22,370 nt of DNA from a virus: the IMG/VR virus record IMGVR_UViG_3300022777_000060. One strand, 5' to 3'. Below the pieces are notes generated by a model. That model had not been told where the DNA came from and searched no databases. It saw nothing but the letters and a program-made list of their open reading frames with translations. How positions within the stretch are numbered: the first letter of the stretch is position 1; every line of letters starts with the position of its first letter. Both the position numbers and the translations under genes were made by a program. This document shows positions 1 through 6,543 of this stretch, one piece after another.

Positions 1-20
1 TTCATTCCGAACGTTCAATC

Positions 21-251
21 ATGATTTTTGTTTCGTCTATGGCGATGACGTTTCTCGCGGTTTCGCTCGTCATATACTTTTACGAAACATTTTATAAAAT
101 CGGTCCAGTAGGAAAGGGCGTTCGCGATGGAACGCTCGCGGCGAGCCTTTACCTGTTTGCGGTTCACCACTTCTTCGTAGCTGGAACCATTTGGTTGGGA
201 GTAGTTTCGTTTATTGTAGCTACCTTATTGGTAATCAACGCCCTTTTATGA
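21..251 (+). CDS. small 3-TM membrane protein (resembles 2390-3109 cluster)
   Basis: 76 aa with three hydrophobic segments; stop overlaps next start (ATGA at 248-251). Confidence 0.75.
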   Translation: MIFVSSMAMTFLAVSLVIYFYETFYKIGPVGKGVRDGTLAASLYLFAVHHFFVAGTIWLGVVSFIVATLLVINALL

Positions 252-724
252 AAGTACACACGCTTTCTCGTGCGCAAGCCGAGAACGTCACAGACCATTA
301 CCCGCAGTACTTCAAGGACGACATTCGCGTGTCAATCATTTCGATTGGCCCGCCGGGGAAAACGACCGCCGATCTAGACGAGAGCCTGTTTGACAACGTG
401 CTTCGGCTTCACTTCCACGACGCAGATCCAAACGTGGAGCACGGGCGGGTGGAAGGGTTGAAGCTCATGGACTCTTCGCAGACAGAAGAGATCTGGCGCT
501 TCATTGACCTCACTTCTCCGGACGTGCTTTTCGTCCAGTGCCAGGCAGGGCAAAGCCGAAGCTGTGGAGTCGCTTATGCGATTCACGAGCACTTCAACGA
601 CGGCGACCTCAAGCAAGGCTGGGACAACTATAATAAGTTCGTCAAAGAAATGGTGTCCGAAAGACTTCGCGGATATAAAAAAGACAAAGATTATTATAAC
701 GATATATTCAAAAATGATGAATAA
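248..724 (+). CDS. protein-tyrosine/dual-specificity phosphatase-like protein (CX5R)
   Basis: VQCQAGQSRS P-loop (CX5R), upstream LRLHFHD acid-loop motif and IISI start typical of small phage PTP-like proteins; start chosen at ATG 248, coupled to the upstream stop. Confidence 0.8.
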   Translation: MKVHTLSRAQAENVTDHYPQYFKDDIRVSIISIGPPGKTTADLDESLFDNVLRLHFHDADPNVEHGRVEGLKLMDSSQTEEIWRFIDLTSPDVLFVQCQAGQSRSCGVAYAIHEHFNDGDLKQGWDNYNKFVKEMVSERLRGYKKDKDYYNDIFKNDE

Positions 725-1139
725 AGTAATCCTATACGAAAACCCAAAGTCTGCTCAACTTGTATTTGATGTATCAACCGAAGAAAAGCGGAAAGAGGCT
801 TACAGGCAACTCTTCGAAACGATTGATAAATACAAAGGATTTTTCTTCTCTAAGAAAAGAGCAGAAGAAAGACTCGATCGGCTTCAAAACCCGGAGATTG
901 AGTATGAAGATTCTGTAATGGTTGAATCCAATAAAGAAGGTTACGTAAAGAAAATCTCAAAAGAGAAGTGGAGAGACAAAATTGAATCCACCAAAGAGGA
1001 AATATCCTCCGTTCAAGAGAAGCAAAAGACATACGAGTCTGCGAAAAAGGGGGATATTGAATCAATTCGAAGCATTCTAAACACCGTAAAGGGACAACCG
1101 TATGCAGACTTCCGTGAACTTGAAATCCAAAATCAATAA
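714..1139 (+). CDS. hypothetical protein, charged/coiled-coil, AT-rich
   Basis: ATG 714/717 overlaps the end of the phosphatase gene; ORF fills the gap to 1143. Confidence 0.7.
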   Translation: MMNKVILYENPKSAQLVFDVSTEEKRKEAYRQLFETIDKYKGFFFSKKRAEERLDRLQNPEIEYEDSVMVESNKEGYVKKISKEKWRDKIESTKEEISSVQEKQKTYESAKKGDIESIRSILNTVKGQPYADFRELEIQNQ

Positions 1140-1142
1140 AAT

Positions 1143-1556
1143 ATGAACTCAAAACTACTCGAACTCGAAGAGGAAGGAAAGATCGTCGGCGTAGAAGACA
1201 CTTTCACTGCAAAAATCTATATCGGAACTTACGACACCGAAAAAGACTTCACTCGGCCAGTTGCCGAAGTAAAAGAGGCGTGTCAGTTTTACGTCAATGA
1301 CACTGGCTTATGCGTGAACGTGCAGGACACGTGGTACGCGTATTCCGATGGAAGCGGAAACGGTGGGAATGAACGGGGAGCAGTCGTGGAGCTGATTCAA
1401 TATCCCCGGTTCCCGAAACCAGAGGAAGATATCACCGAACTCGCCTTGGAGCTGGCAGAAATCCTCATGGAACGGATGAACCAAAAGCGGGTGAGCGTTA
1501 TTACAACTAATAAGACGTATACACTTCAAAATCCCGAACACCCAGAAGTTGACTGA
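1143..1556 (+). CDS. phage hypothetical protein; target gene of the GIY-YIG cassette
   Basis: 137 aa ORF with normal codon usage; last 14 codons (including stop) duplicated at 2365-2406. Confidence 0.8.
   Translation: MNSKLLELEEEGKIVGVEDTFTAKIYIGTYDTEKDFTRPVAEVKEACQFYVNDTGLCVNVQDTWYAYSDGSGNGGNERGAVVELIQYPRFPKPEEDITELALELAEILMERMNQKRVSVITTNKTYTLQNPEHPEVD
1515..1556 (+). repeat. current (recoded) 3' end of gene 1143-1556, TYTLQNPEHPEVD*
   Basis: 22/26 nt identical between 1515-1540 and 2365-2390, all mismatches at codon position 3; same 42-nt length to the stop. Confidence 0.85.
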
Positions 1557-1563
1557 TATATAA
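1556..1563 (+). promoter_or_regulatory. ATATATAA putative late-promoter box
   Basis: Same octamer precedes the 611-aa nuclease-MTase gene and the scaffold-capsid leader; resembles the T4 late TATAAATA box. Confidence 0.5.
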
Positions 1564-1565
1564 TA

Positions 1566-1659
1566 ATGAAGCCGTGGAGGGCTTTCATACAGAACTATTC
1601 AACACCCGGCTTGGCAAACAGCCCCCTCCACGGCTTCGTCAAGTCGGGTTTTTGTATGA
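1566..1659 (+). ncRNA. structured leader RNA (pseudoknot or alternative-fold switch) upstream of GIY-YIG gene
   Basis: 1566-1581 pairs with 1624-1639 (16 bp, one G-U); 1604-1615 with 1638-1649; 1585-1594 with 1650-1659. Confidence 0.65.
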
Positions 1660-1675
1660 TGGGTAAAACAGTATA

Positions 1676-2365
1676 ATGAACAACAAACGTTTTTACGTTT
1701 ATGGTTTATTTGATCCAAGTGAAACGTTTCCGTTTTACATAGGAAAAGGAACTGGAAACAGAATGAAAAGACATTTCTTCAAAGGCGGAACAAACTGTAA
1801 TGAGCATAAAAAACACAAAATAGAGAAAGTAAAACGACAAGGTAGAGAGCCTTACGCAGAAAAACTTTACGAAGACCTTACCGAAGAACAAGCTTATGTC
1901 CGAGAATGGTGTTTGATAAACGTGTTTTTTGGCCGATTGACAAATATAGATGAAAGTTACGGAACAGGTTTTACTCATACAAAAAGAACGAGAAAGATAA
2001 TATCTCGCAAAATGAAAGGAGAAAATAATCCGATGTATGGAAAATCTCGAAATCTATCAAAAGAACACAAGCAAAAAATACGAGAAGCCCAAGAAGGAAC
2101 TACCCTTACAGAAGAACACATACAAAAACTAACGGGAAGAGAGTTTAGCGAAGAACACAGACAAAATATGGCCGAAGCTAAGAAGGGGGAGAAAAATCCG
2201 GAAGCTAAACTCAACCGTAAGGAAGCAGCAGAAATAAAGTGGTTGAATGAAAATACAAGCCTATATCAATATGAGATAGCGGAAAACTACAATATAGATC
2301 AAGCGCTTGTATCCAAGATAAGCAGAGAAAAGAACTGGAGAAATGTTACTTCAAGAAAGCCATAA
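1676..2365 (+). CDS. free-standing GIY-YIG homing endonuclease with NUMOD3-like repeats and C-terminal HTH
   Basis: FYVYGL...PFYIGKG.GNR...H motif; repeated (H/L/F)(T/S)xE(H/T)xxK units; GENNPMYGK; C-terminal EIAENYNIDQALVSKI helix-turn-helix. Confidence 0.9.
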   Translation: MNNKRFYVYGLFDPSETFPFYIGKGTGNRMKRHFFKGGTNCNEHKKHKIEKVKRQGREPYAEKLYEDLTEEQAYVREWCLINVFFGRLTNIDESYGTGFTHTKRTRKIISRKMKGENNPMYGKSRNLSKEHKQKIREAQEGTTLTEEHIQKLTGREFSEEHRQNMAEAKKGEKNPEAKLNRKEAAEIKWLNENTSLYQYEIAENYNIDQALVSKISREKNWRNVTSRKP

Positions 2366-2406
2366 CCTACACACTTCAAAATCCAGACCATGATGATGTT
2401 TCTTGA
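2365..2406 (+). pseudogene. stranded former 3' end of gene 1143-1556, TYTLQNPDHDDVS*
   Basis: Begins at the last base of the HEG stop codon; ACC TAC ACA CTT CAA AAT CCA GAC CAT ... TGA; overlaps the start of gene 2390. Confidence 0.8.
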
Positions 2407-2617
2407 GATCGGAACACTTGCTGTCGCGATTCTTCTGGTCGTGATATCGGCAGTCTACCTGTTTTACGATCCTATGAGTCCGAAACCGCACGGGATTCTC
2501 GCTATTGCCGCGATTTTCCTCTTCGTGAACAAGTTGCTTTTGGGAATGCCTTTGGTATCTCTCATTGACGTCGGCCTCTTCATCTGGAACGCTCACATAT
2601 TCCTGAAAAGACGATGA
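2390..2617 (+). CDS. small 3-TM membrane protein
   Basis: 75 aa, hydrophobic, ATGA-coupled to the next gene. Confidence 0.75.
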   Translation: MMMFLEIGTLAVAILLVVISAVYLFYDPMSPKPHGILAIAAIFLFVNKLLLGMPLVSLIDVGLFIWNAHIFLKRR

Positions 2618-2850
2618 CAGTTCCAATCCTTACAGTTGTTGGCGGCCTTTTGCTTATATTTGGGGCGCTCAATCTCATACAGCATTTGGCGATGGAAGAA
2701 CCCGCCGTCGCACTCCCGTTTGAAGCGACCGCCGTGATTCTGATTTTTGCTCACGGCGCGCTTGGCTTCGCCGGGGTTTTCAGCAGCATGTTCTGGCTCG
2801 CTATTATCAACTTCACTCTCTGTTTCGTTAACCTCAATCACGTCGTTTGA
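2614..2850 (+). CDS. small 3-TM membrane protein
   Basis: 78 aa, hydrophobic, coupled to the upstream gene. Confidence 0.75.
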   Translation: MTVPILTVVGGLLLIFGALNLIQHLAMEEPAVALPFEATAVILIFAHGALGFAGVFSSMFWLAIINFTLCFVNLNHVV

Positions 2851-2851
2851 T

Positions 2852-3109
2852 ATGGGCACTTTCATGATTCTCTCGATTCCGTTTCTTATTGTGGCGGCGG
2901 TGCTTATGGTTTATCGCCTGTCTACAGGAAACGAAGAGTTTTACGCTCCGGAAACGATATCCATTGGGACTTGCCTCGCCCTTCAAGCCGTCCACTTTTT
3001 CGGTTTCGGAACGTTTGGATCGATCGCGTGGGCTTCGATCTTAATGGTTTTGGCTTTGATCAATCTGCTCGGAGTGTTCAAAGTTTCTTCACACTCCGGT
3101 CGGAACTGA
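2852..3109 (+). CDS. small 3-TM membrane protein
   Basis: ATG 1 nt after the previous stop; AVHFFGFGT...LINLL resembles 21-251. Confidence 0.75.
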   Translation: MGTFMILSIPFLIVAAVLMVYRLSTGNEEFYAPETISIGTCLALQAVHFFGFGTFGSIAWASILMVLALINLLGVFKVSSHSGRN

Positions 3110-3149
3110 TTGCGGCCTGGCGCGTGTAAGCCACTGCATTACAAGACGG
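3075..3149 (+). promoter_or_regulatory. repeated promoter-like cassette, copy 1
   Basis: TGTTCA-N5-TCTTCACA(3086)-N8-GGAAC(3102)-N16-CGTGTAAG(3123)-N4-TGCATTACAAGACGG; ATG at 3169. Confidence 0.8.
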
Positions 3150-3168
3150 AACCAACCAACCGAAACCC

Positions 3169-3411
3169 ATGAAGCAGCAGTTCACCGACAAGCACATTCA
3201 GGTTGAAAGCGGAAACGACGTGTTCGACGGCGTTCCGCGACAGGTCGTTCGGCGTGAGTTTGAGCAAGGCGTCTTGTGGTTCGAGAAGCCCATTGTGATG
3301 GGCGAAAACATGGATCGGCTGGAACGTTCCAAGGCCGAAGTGCTCGAACGGCAGTTTGCCGAAGCCTTTGGCGAGAGCGGCCGCCAGATCGTCACTCCCC
3401 AAGACTTTTAG
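3169..3411 (+). CDS. hypothetical protein
   Basis: 80 aa directly downstream of cassette 1. Confidence 0.75.
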   Translation: MKQQFTDKHIQVESGNDVFDGVPRQVVRREFEQGVLWFEKPIVMGENMDRLERSKAEVLERQFAEAFGESGRQIVTPQDF

Positions 3412-3422
3412 TACGTAGTCCA

Positions 3423-3722
3423 ATGGACATTTCAAGCATTGAAGGAAACTGGGTTCGTGGCACAGTCACGGTGAACAGTCGGCTGTATGCCTTTTCCGCA
3501 AAGGTGTATCCAGAGCCGAGCGAAGGCTTCGGCATCACCGATCTTGGCGGGGACGGCCACATTAGCAAGCTGACCGTGACCGATGAACGGAATGAGAACA
3601 CGGTGATGAACTATGACCGTGGTTGGGACTTCAACATCATTCCGGAAACCGCACCCGGAATCATTTCTCAGATTGAGAGCTATTACGTTCTCGACGCCGT
3701 TGAGAAAGAGCTTTCTTCATAA
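3423..3722 (+). CDS. small conserved phage protein of unknown function (AKVYxEPSxxFGI..GxISKL..NYDRGWD motif)
   Basis: Motif recalled from a widespread small phage/MGE family; start at ATG 3423. Confidence 0.7.
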   Translation: MDISSIEGNWVRGTVTVNSRLYAFSAKVYPEPSEGFGITDLGGDGHISKLTVTDERNENTVMNYDRGWDFNIIPETAPGIISQIESYYVLDAVEKELSS

Positions 3723-3789
3723 CGTCTTCACACGGGCGCAGGGAACCAACCTTGCGTCCATGCGTGTAAAAGGGTGCATTACAAGACGG
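3714..3789 (+). promoter_or_regulatory. repeated promoter-like cassette, copy 2
   Basis: TCTTCA-N5-TCTTCACA(3725)-N9-GGAAC(3742)-N16-CGTGTAA(3763)-N5-TGCATTACAAGACGG. Confidence 0.8.
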
Positions 3790-3827
3790 GGCGCTTTCAA
3801 CACACGCTGACAAAAACCTTTGGGACA

Positions 3828-4001
3828 ATGATTGGACGCATGAGCCAAGGCGAAGACATTGAGTTTTACGCCGACAAGCACGAAGAGCGGCAGGAGGTTC
3901 TTCGCCAGATGCACGAGTCCAGCGATCAGCGGGAAAGTTTCCCCGAAGAGGATGCTCGTGAGAGCCGCAAGACAGCGGCACAGCAAAGCGCTATTTACTA
4001 G
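3828..4001 (+). CDS. hypothetical protein
   Basis: First ATG after cassette 2 (alternative ATG 3840); charged, 57 aa. Confidence 0.6.
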   Translation: MIGRMSQGEDIEFYADKHEERQEVLRQMHESSDQRESFPEEDARESRKTAAQQSAIY

Positions 4002-4044
4002 CGCAATGCTTCGGAATCTTCTTCTTCAAGATCACAGTGAAAAC

Positions 4045-4236
4045 ATGAACACAGACAGCAAGTACGCGATCTGGACCGGAAACGGAGGATACTTCGCTGG
4101 CGTTTTTGGCGGGGGCGCTGACTTTCGTGACGACCCGATGATGGCGGTGAAGTACGACACTGAACACGAAGCGGAAGAGGCCGCCGACAAGATTGGACTC
4201 GATCCCGAAGAGTTTGAAATCCGTCAAGTCCGATGA
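4045..4236 (+). CDS. hypothetical acidic protein
   Basis: A-rich start context at 4045 (alternative 4006); ATGA-coupled to the next gene. Confidence 0.65.
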   Translation: MNTDSKYAIWTGNGGYFAGVFGGGADFRDDPMMAVKYDTEHEAEEAADKIGLDPEEFEIRQVR

Positions 4237-4433
4237 AAAAACGAGCCAAACGACTCGCAAACAAGATTGACGGCGCAACTTCGGACTCCACGAAGGTTTG
4301 GAGCGAAGGAACTGAAGTGAAAGTTGACGACGGTTCTGAAGAAGTGTCAATGCCGTGGAGGGTAGCTGATTGGACTTGGGACCTTCATGAATCCGGCGAA
4401 ATCGATAATATCACAGAGTTTATCAAGAAATGA
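4233..4433 (+). CDS. hypothetical protein
   Basis: ATGA overlaps at both ends. Confidence 0.7.
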   Translation: MKKRAKRLANKIDGATSDSTKVWSEGTEVKVDDGSEEVSMPWRVADWTWDLHESGEIDNITEFIKK

Positions 4434-4687
4434 TTGCAGAAAAGTTGACATATTCGGATTACAAGATCTGCCGAAAACGGCAAAGCAGGATCGATCCGAA
4501 CAACACGATCACGGACACGACCATGAAATGCCCGTCCTGCAAAATGGAGAGGCAAGAAGCCAAACACGGAGAGATTGAAACGTGTGACAATTGTGGGCTT
4601 TTCATGCGGCGTTTCGGAAACTCTTTGCAGTGCATTCAAGCGAAAAGCTTGAGCGAGGCAAAGAACTACCTTCCAAGTCCTGAATAA
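4430..4687 (+). CDS. small zinc-ribbon protein
   Basis: CPSC...CDNC; coupled start. Confidence 0.7.
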   Translation: MIAEKLTYSDYKICRKRQSRIDPNNTITDTTMKCPSCKMERQEAKHGEIETCDNCGLFMRRFGNSLQCIQAKSLSEAKNYLPSPE

Positions 4688-4703
4688 CCAACCAACCGAA
4701 ACA

Positions 4704-4979
4704 ATGATAGGCACCAAAAGAATAATAGGCAACGAGAAGCGTGACAATCGGTTCACATACGAAGCAAACGCAATCGTGGAGGGAACCCAAAGCGAAGAAA
4801 CGAACTTCGTTCACAACCGAAGTGAGACGCCCGAAGGCGCAAAGAGAGGGCTTCGCTCCACGGCACGGGTCCAGCATCCTTACGGTTACGACGAAAACGA
4901 AGAACTGAACCTTGAGAACTTGGAGATCTGGAAGCTGGATCCCGACAACGACTTCAAACCCGTTGAACAGGTAGAGTAG
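4704..4979 (+). CDS. hypothetical acidic protein
   Basis: Preceded by an AACCAACCAACCGAAAC leader like that after cassette 1; followed by a terminator. Confidence 0.75.
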   Translation: MIGTKRIIGNEKRDNRFTYEANAIVEGTQSEETNFVHNRSETPEGAKRGLRSTARVQHPYGYDENEELNLENLEIWKLDPDNDFKPVEQVE

Positions 4980-5001
4980 CAAAGAGTGGTTGGTTGGCGC
5001 T

Positions 5002-5045
5002 GAACGGCGCAGTTCCTTCACGGGGGCTGCGCCGTTTGCGTTTTT
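5002..5045 (+). terminator. intrinsic terminator
   Basis: Stem 5002-5017/5022-5037 (GC-rich with G-U pairs) followed by GCGTTTTT. Confidence 0.75.
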
Positions 5046-5115
5046 ATACTGTCTTCACAAAACCCTTGGAACCGATTGCCGCCATGCGCGTGTAAGTAAG
5101 TGCATTATAAGACGG
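5041..5115 (+). promoter_or_regulatory. repeated promoter-like cassette, copy 3
   Basis: TTTTTA-N5-TCTTCACA(5052)-N8-GGAAC(5068)-N16-CGTGTAAG(5089)-N4-TGCATTATAAGACGG; ATG 5135. Confidence 0.8.
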
Positions 5116-5134
5116 AACCGACCAGCCGAAACCC

Positions 5135-5371
5135 ATGAACAAGTTTCGCAAGATGGCGACTGAAACCAACGACGCAATGAAGCGAAGTCTTTACAGCTTC
5201 GCCGCTCGTGCAGAAGAGGCGGGATACAGCGCCAAGGTCACTCCCCGTGGCGTGATCGTTTCACTGAACAACCGCAAGGTGTCGAAGAAGGAACTGAAAA
5301 GTGAGGTTCCCGACACCGACGAAGCCACCATGCGGCGCATCGGCGGCAAGGTGAAGGTTCGCCTCTTTTAA
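5135..5371 (+). CDS. hypothetical basic protein
   Basis: Single gene between cassettes 3 and 4. Confidence 0.75.
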   Translation: MNKFRKMATETNDAMKRSLYSFAARAEEAGYSAKVTPRGVIVSLNNRKVSKKELKSEVPDTDEATMRRIGGKVKVRLF

Positions 5372-5439
5372 ACAATCTTCACAGAGGCGGGGGGAACTCC
5401 CTTGCCTCTTGCGCGTGTAAGCCAATGCACTATTTGACG
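5365..5439 (+). promoter_or_regulatory. repeated promoter-like cassette, copy 4
   Basis: CTTTTA-N5-TCTTCACA(5376)-N9-GGAAC(5393)-N16-CGTGTAAG(5414)-N4-TGCACTATTTGACG; ATG 5460. Confidence 0.75.
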
Positions 5440-5459
5440 AACCGACCCCACAAAGAAAG

Positions 5460-5672
5460 ATGGAAAACGTTGTTTATCACGTTTCTGACAACGAAGACCA
5501 CTCAAACTCGGGTGTTTACCGGCCGCGAGAGTTTCGCCGCCGTTATCCGCACGTTCACAAGGTATTCGTTGAGCGCGGCATTGAGTACATTCAGTTTGAT
5601 TCGGGCGACGGAAACGTTATCGTGACCGAAGAAGACGCCGACAAATTTGCCGATGACGTGATTAGTTCATAA
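5460..5672 (+). CDS. hypothetical protein
   Basis: Single gene between cassettes 4 and 5. Confidence 0.75.
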   Translation: MENVVYHVSDNEDHSNSGVYRPREFRRRYPHVHKVFVERGIEYIQFDSGDGNVIVTEEDADKFADDVISS

Positions 5673-5739
5673 ACTCTTCACACGAGTAAGGAAACTGATT
5701 ACTTCATTGCACGTGTAAGCCTGTGCATTATCAAGACGG
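5664..5739 (+). promoter_or_regulatory. repeated promoter-like cassette, copy 5
   Basis: AGTTCA-N5-TCTTCACA(5675)-N8-GAAAC(5691)-N16-CGTGTAAG(5712)-N4-TGCATTATCAAGACGG; ATG 5757. Confidence 0.8.
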
Positions 5740-5756
5740 ACAAACTTCCCTTCGCA

Positions 5757-6053
5757 ATGAAACGCTTTCTCGACGCTTTCATCCGAACACTTCATTTCGT
5801 TTGCCCGTCACTGTTCGAGCGGATCGATGTGGCGGTACGCTCAAGAGTGAAGTATCGGCAACTTCGCCGCAACCGCCCGATGGATCCGAACCAGGTATAC
5901 GATCCTGAACGAAACCCGGCGGAAACCGCTGAAATCCAACTTCGGAAAATCGAGCGGTGGAAGCGGCACTTGAGCCGTTATGCTCGAATGTACGAAAAAG
6001 CGCGGTTTCCCTTCATCGATCCTCCAGCCAACGACATTTTCCGCAAGCCATGA
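5757..6053 (+). CDS. hypothetical Arg-rich protein
   Basis: First gene after cassette 5; ATGA-coupled to the next gene. Confidence 0.7.
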   Translation: MKRFLDAFIRTLHFVCPSLFERIDVAVRSRVKYRQLRRNRPMDPNQVYDPERNPAETAEIQLRKIERWKRHLSRYARMYEKARFPFIDPPANDIFRKP

Positions 6054-6409
6054 TTGAGATTGAAGGACACTTCGGTTCCAGCACAACGCTTTCTGAGCTT
6101 CCCGTTCGTGCGGAAGATACAGGAACCAAGGTTCGGCGGGTTCGCCGCCGCCTTGAGCAAAACACACGCCTTCGGGGCGACGGTGCCATTGTGATGGACG
6201 AATCGGGAAACATCTTGCCCCCGTCCATCATTGAAGAGCACGCCCGCCTTGAAGTCCCCGACAGCCACCGTGAAGCGTTTCGGCGGCACGAGCGAAACCA
6301 GTCGGCTTCTCAGGAACCGACCGCCGAGCAGCGCTTTGAAATGCGAAGCGCATTCGGAGAAGGCCAAACTGTCATCGACGCCACAACTGGACAGACATAC
6401 ACGACATGA
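6050..6409 (+). CDS. hypothetical protein (C-terminal EMRxAFGxGxTVxDxxTG motif)
   Basis: ATG 6050 overlaps the upstream stop; ATGA at the end. Confidence 0.7.
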   Translation: MIEIEGHFGSSTTLSELPVRAEDTGTKVRRVRRRLEQNTRLRGDGAIVMDESGNILPPSIIEEHARLEVPDSHREAFRRHERNQSASQEPTAEQRFEMRSAFGEGQTVIDATTGQTYTT

Positions 6410-6543
6410 AACGTCCCGACTCATACTCTGAAAGCCCGACGACTGCTGACTCAGTGGTTGAGATCGGAGCGGGAATCGGCTTTGCCCTCACCACGTTTAT
6501 CGCGATCGGACTCATTCTCTTCGCATTGATTCTCTTCGCGTGA
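6406..6543 (+). CDS. 45-aa single-TM membrane protein (not in the supplied ORF track)
   Basis: MKRPDSYSESPTTADSVVEIGAGIGFALTTFIAIGLILFALILFA*; ATGA overlap upstream and TGATG overlap downstream. Confidence 0.7.
   Translation: MKRPDSYSESPTTADSVVEIGAGIGFALTTFIAIGLILFALILFA

Larger units (their letters stand above)
1515..2364 (+). mobile_element. 850-bp GIY-YIG homing-endonuclease cassette (replacement 3' end + promoter + structured RNA + HEG)
   Basis: AT-rich HEG bounded by two versions of the host-gene 3' end 850 bp apart; left boundary approximate. Confidence 0.7.

Noticed and set aside
1557-2364. Group I intron around the GIY-YIG gene
   Set aside because: The upstream gene is complete with its own stop, the non-coding part is only about 120 nt, and no group I core is recognisable.
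3086-3093. TCACA as a CRP site
   Set aside because: No TGTGA half-site 6 nt upstream; the symmetry is an 11-bp direct repeat instead.
3075-5739. Repeats as a CRISPR array or integron attC sites
   Set aside because: Spacing is irregular and gene-sized, conservation is in spaced boxes, there are no RYYYAAC/GTTRRRY ends, and no cas or integrase gene is in the window.
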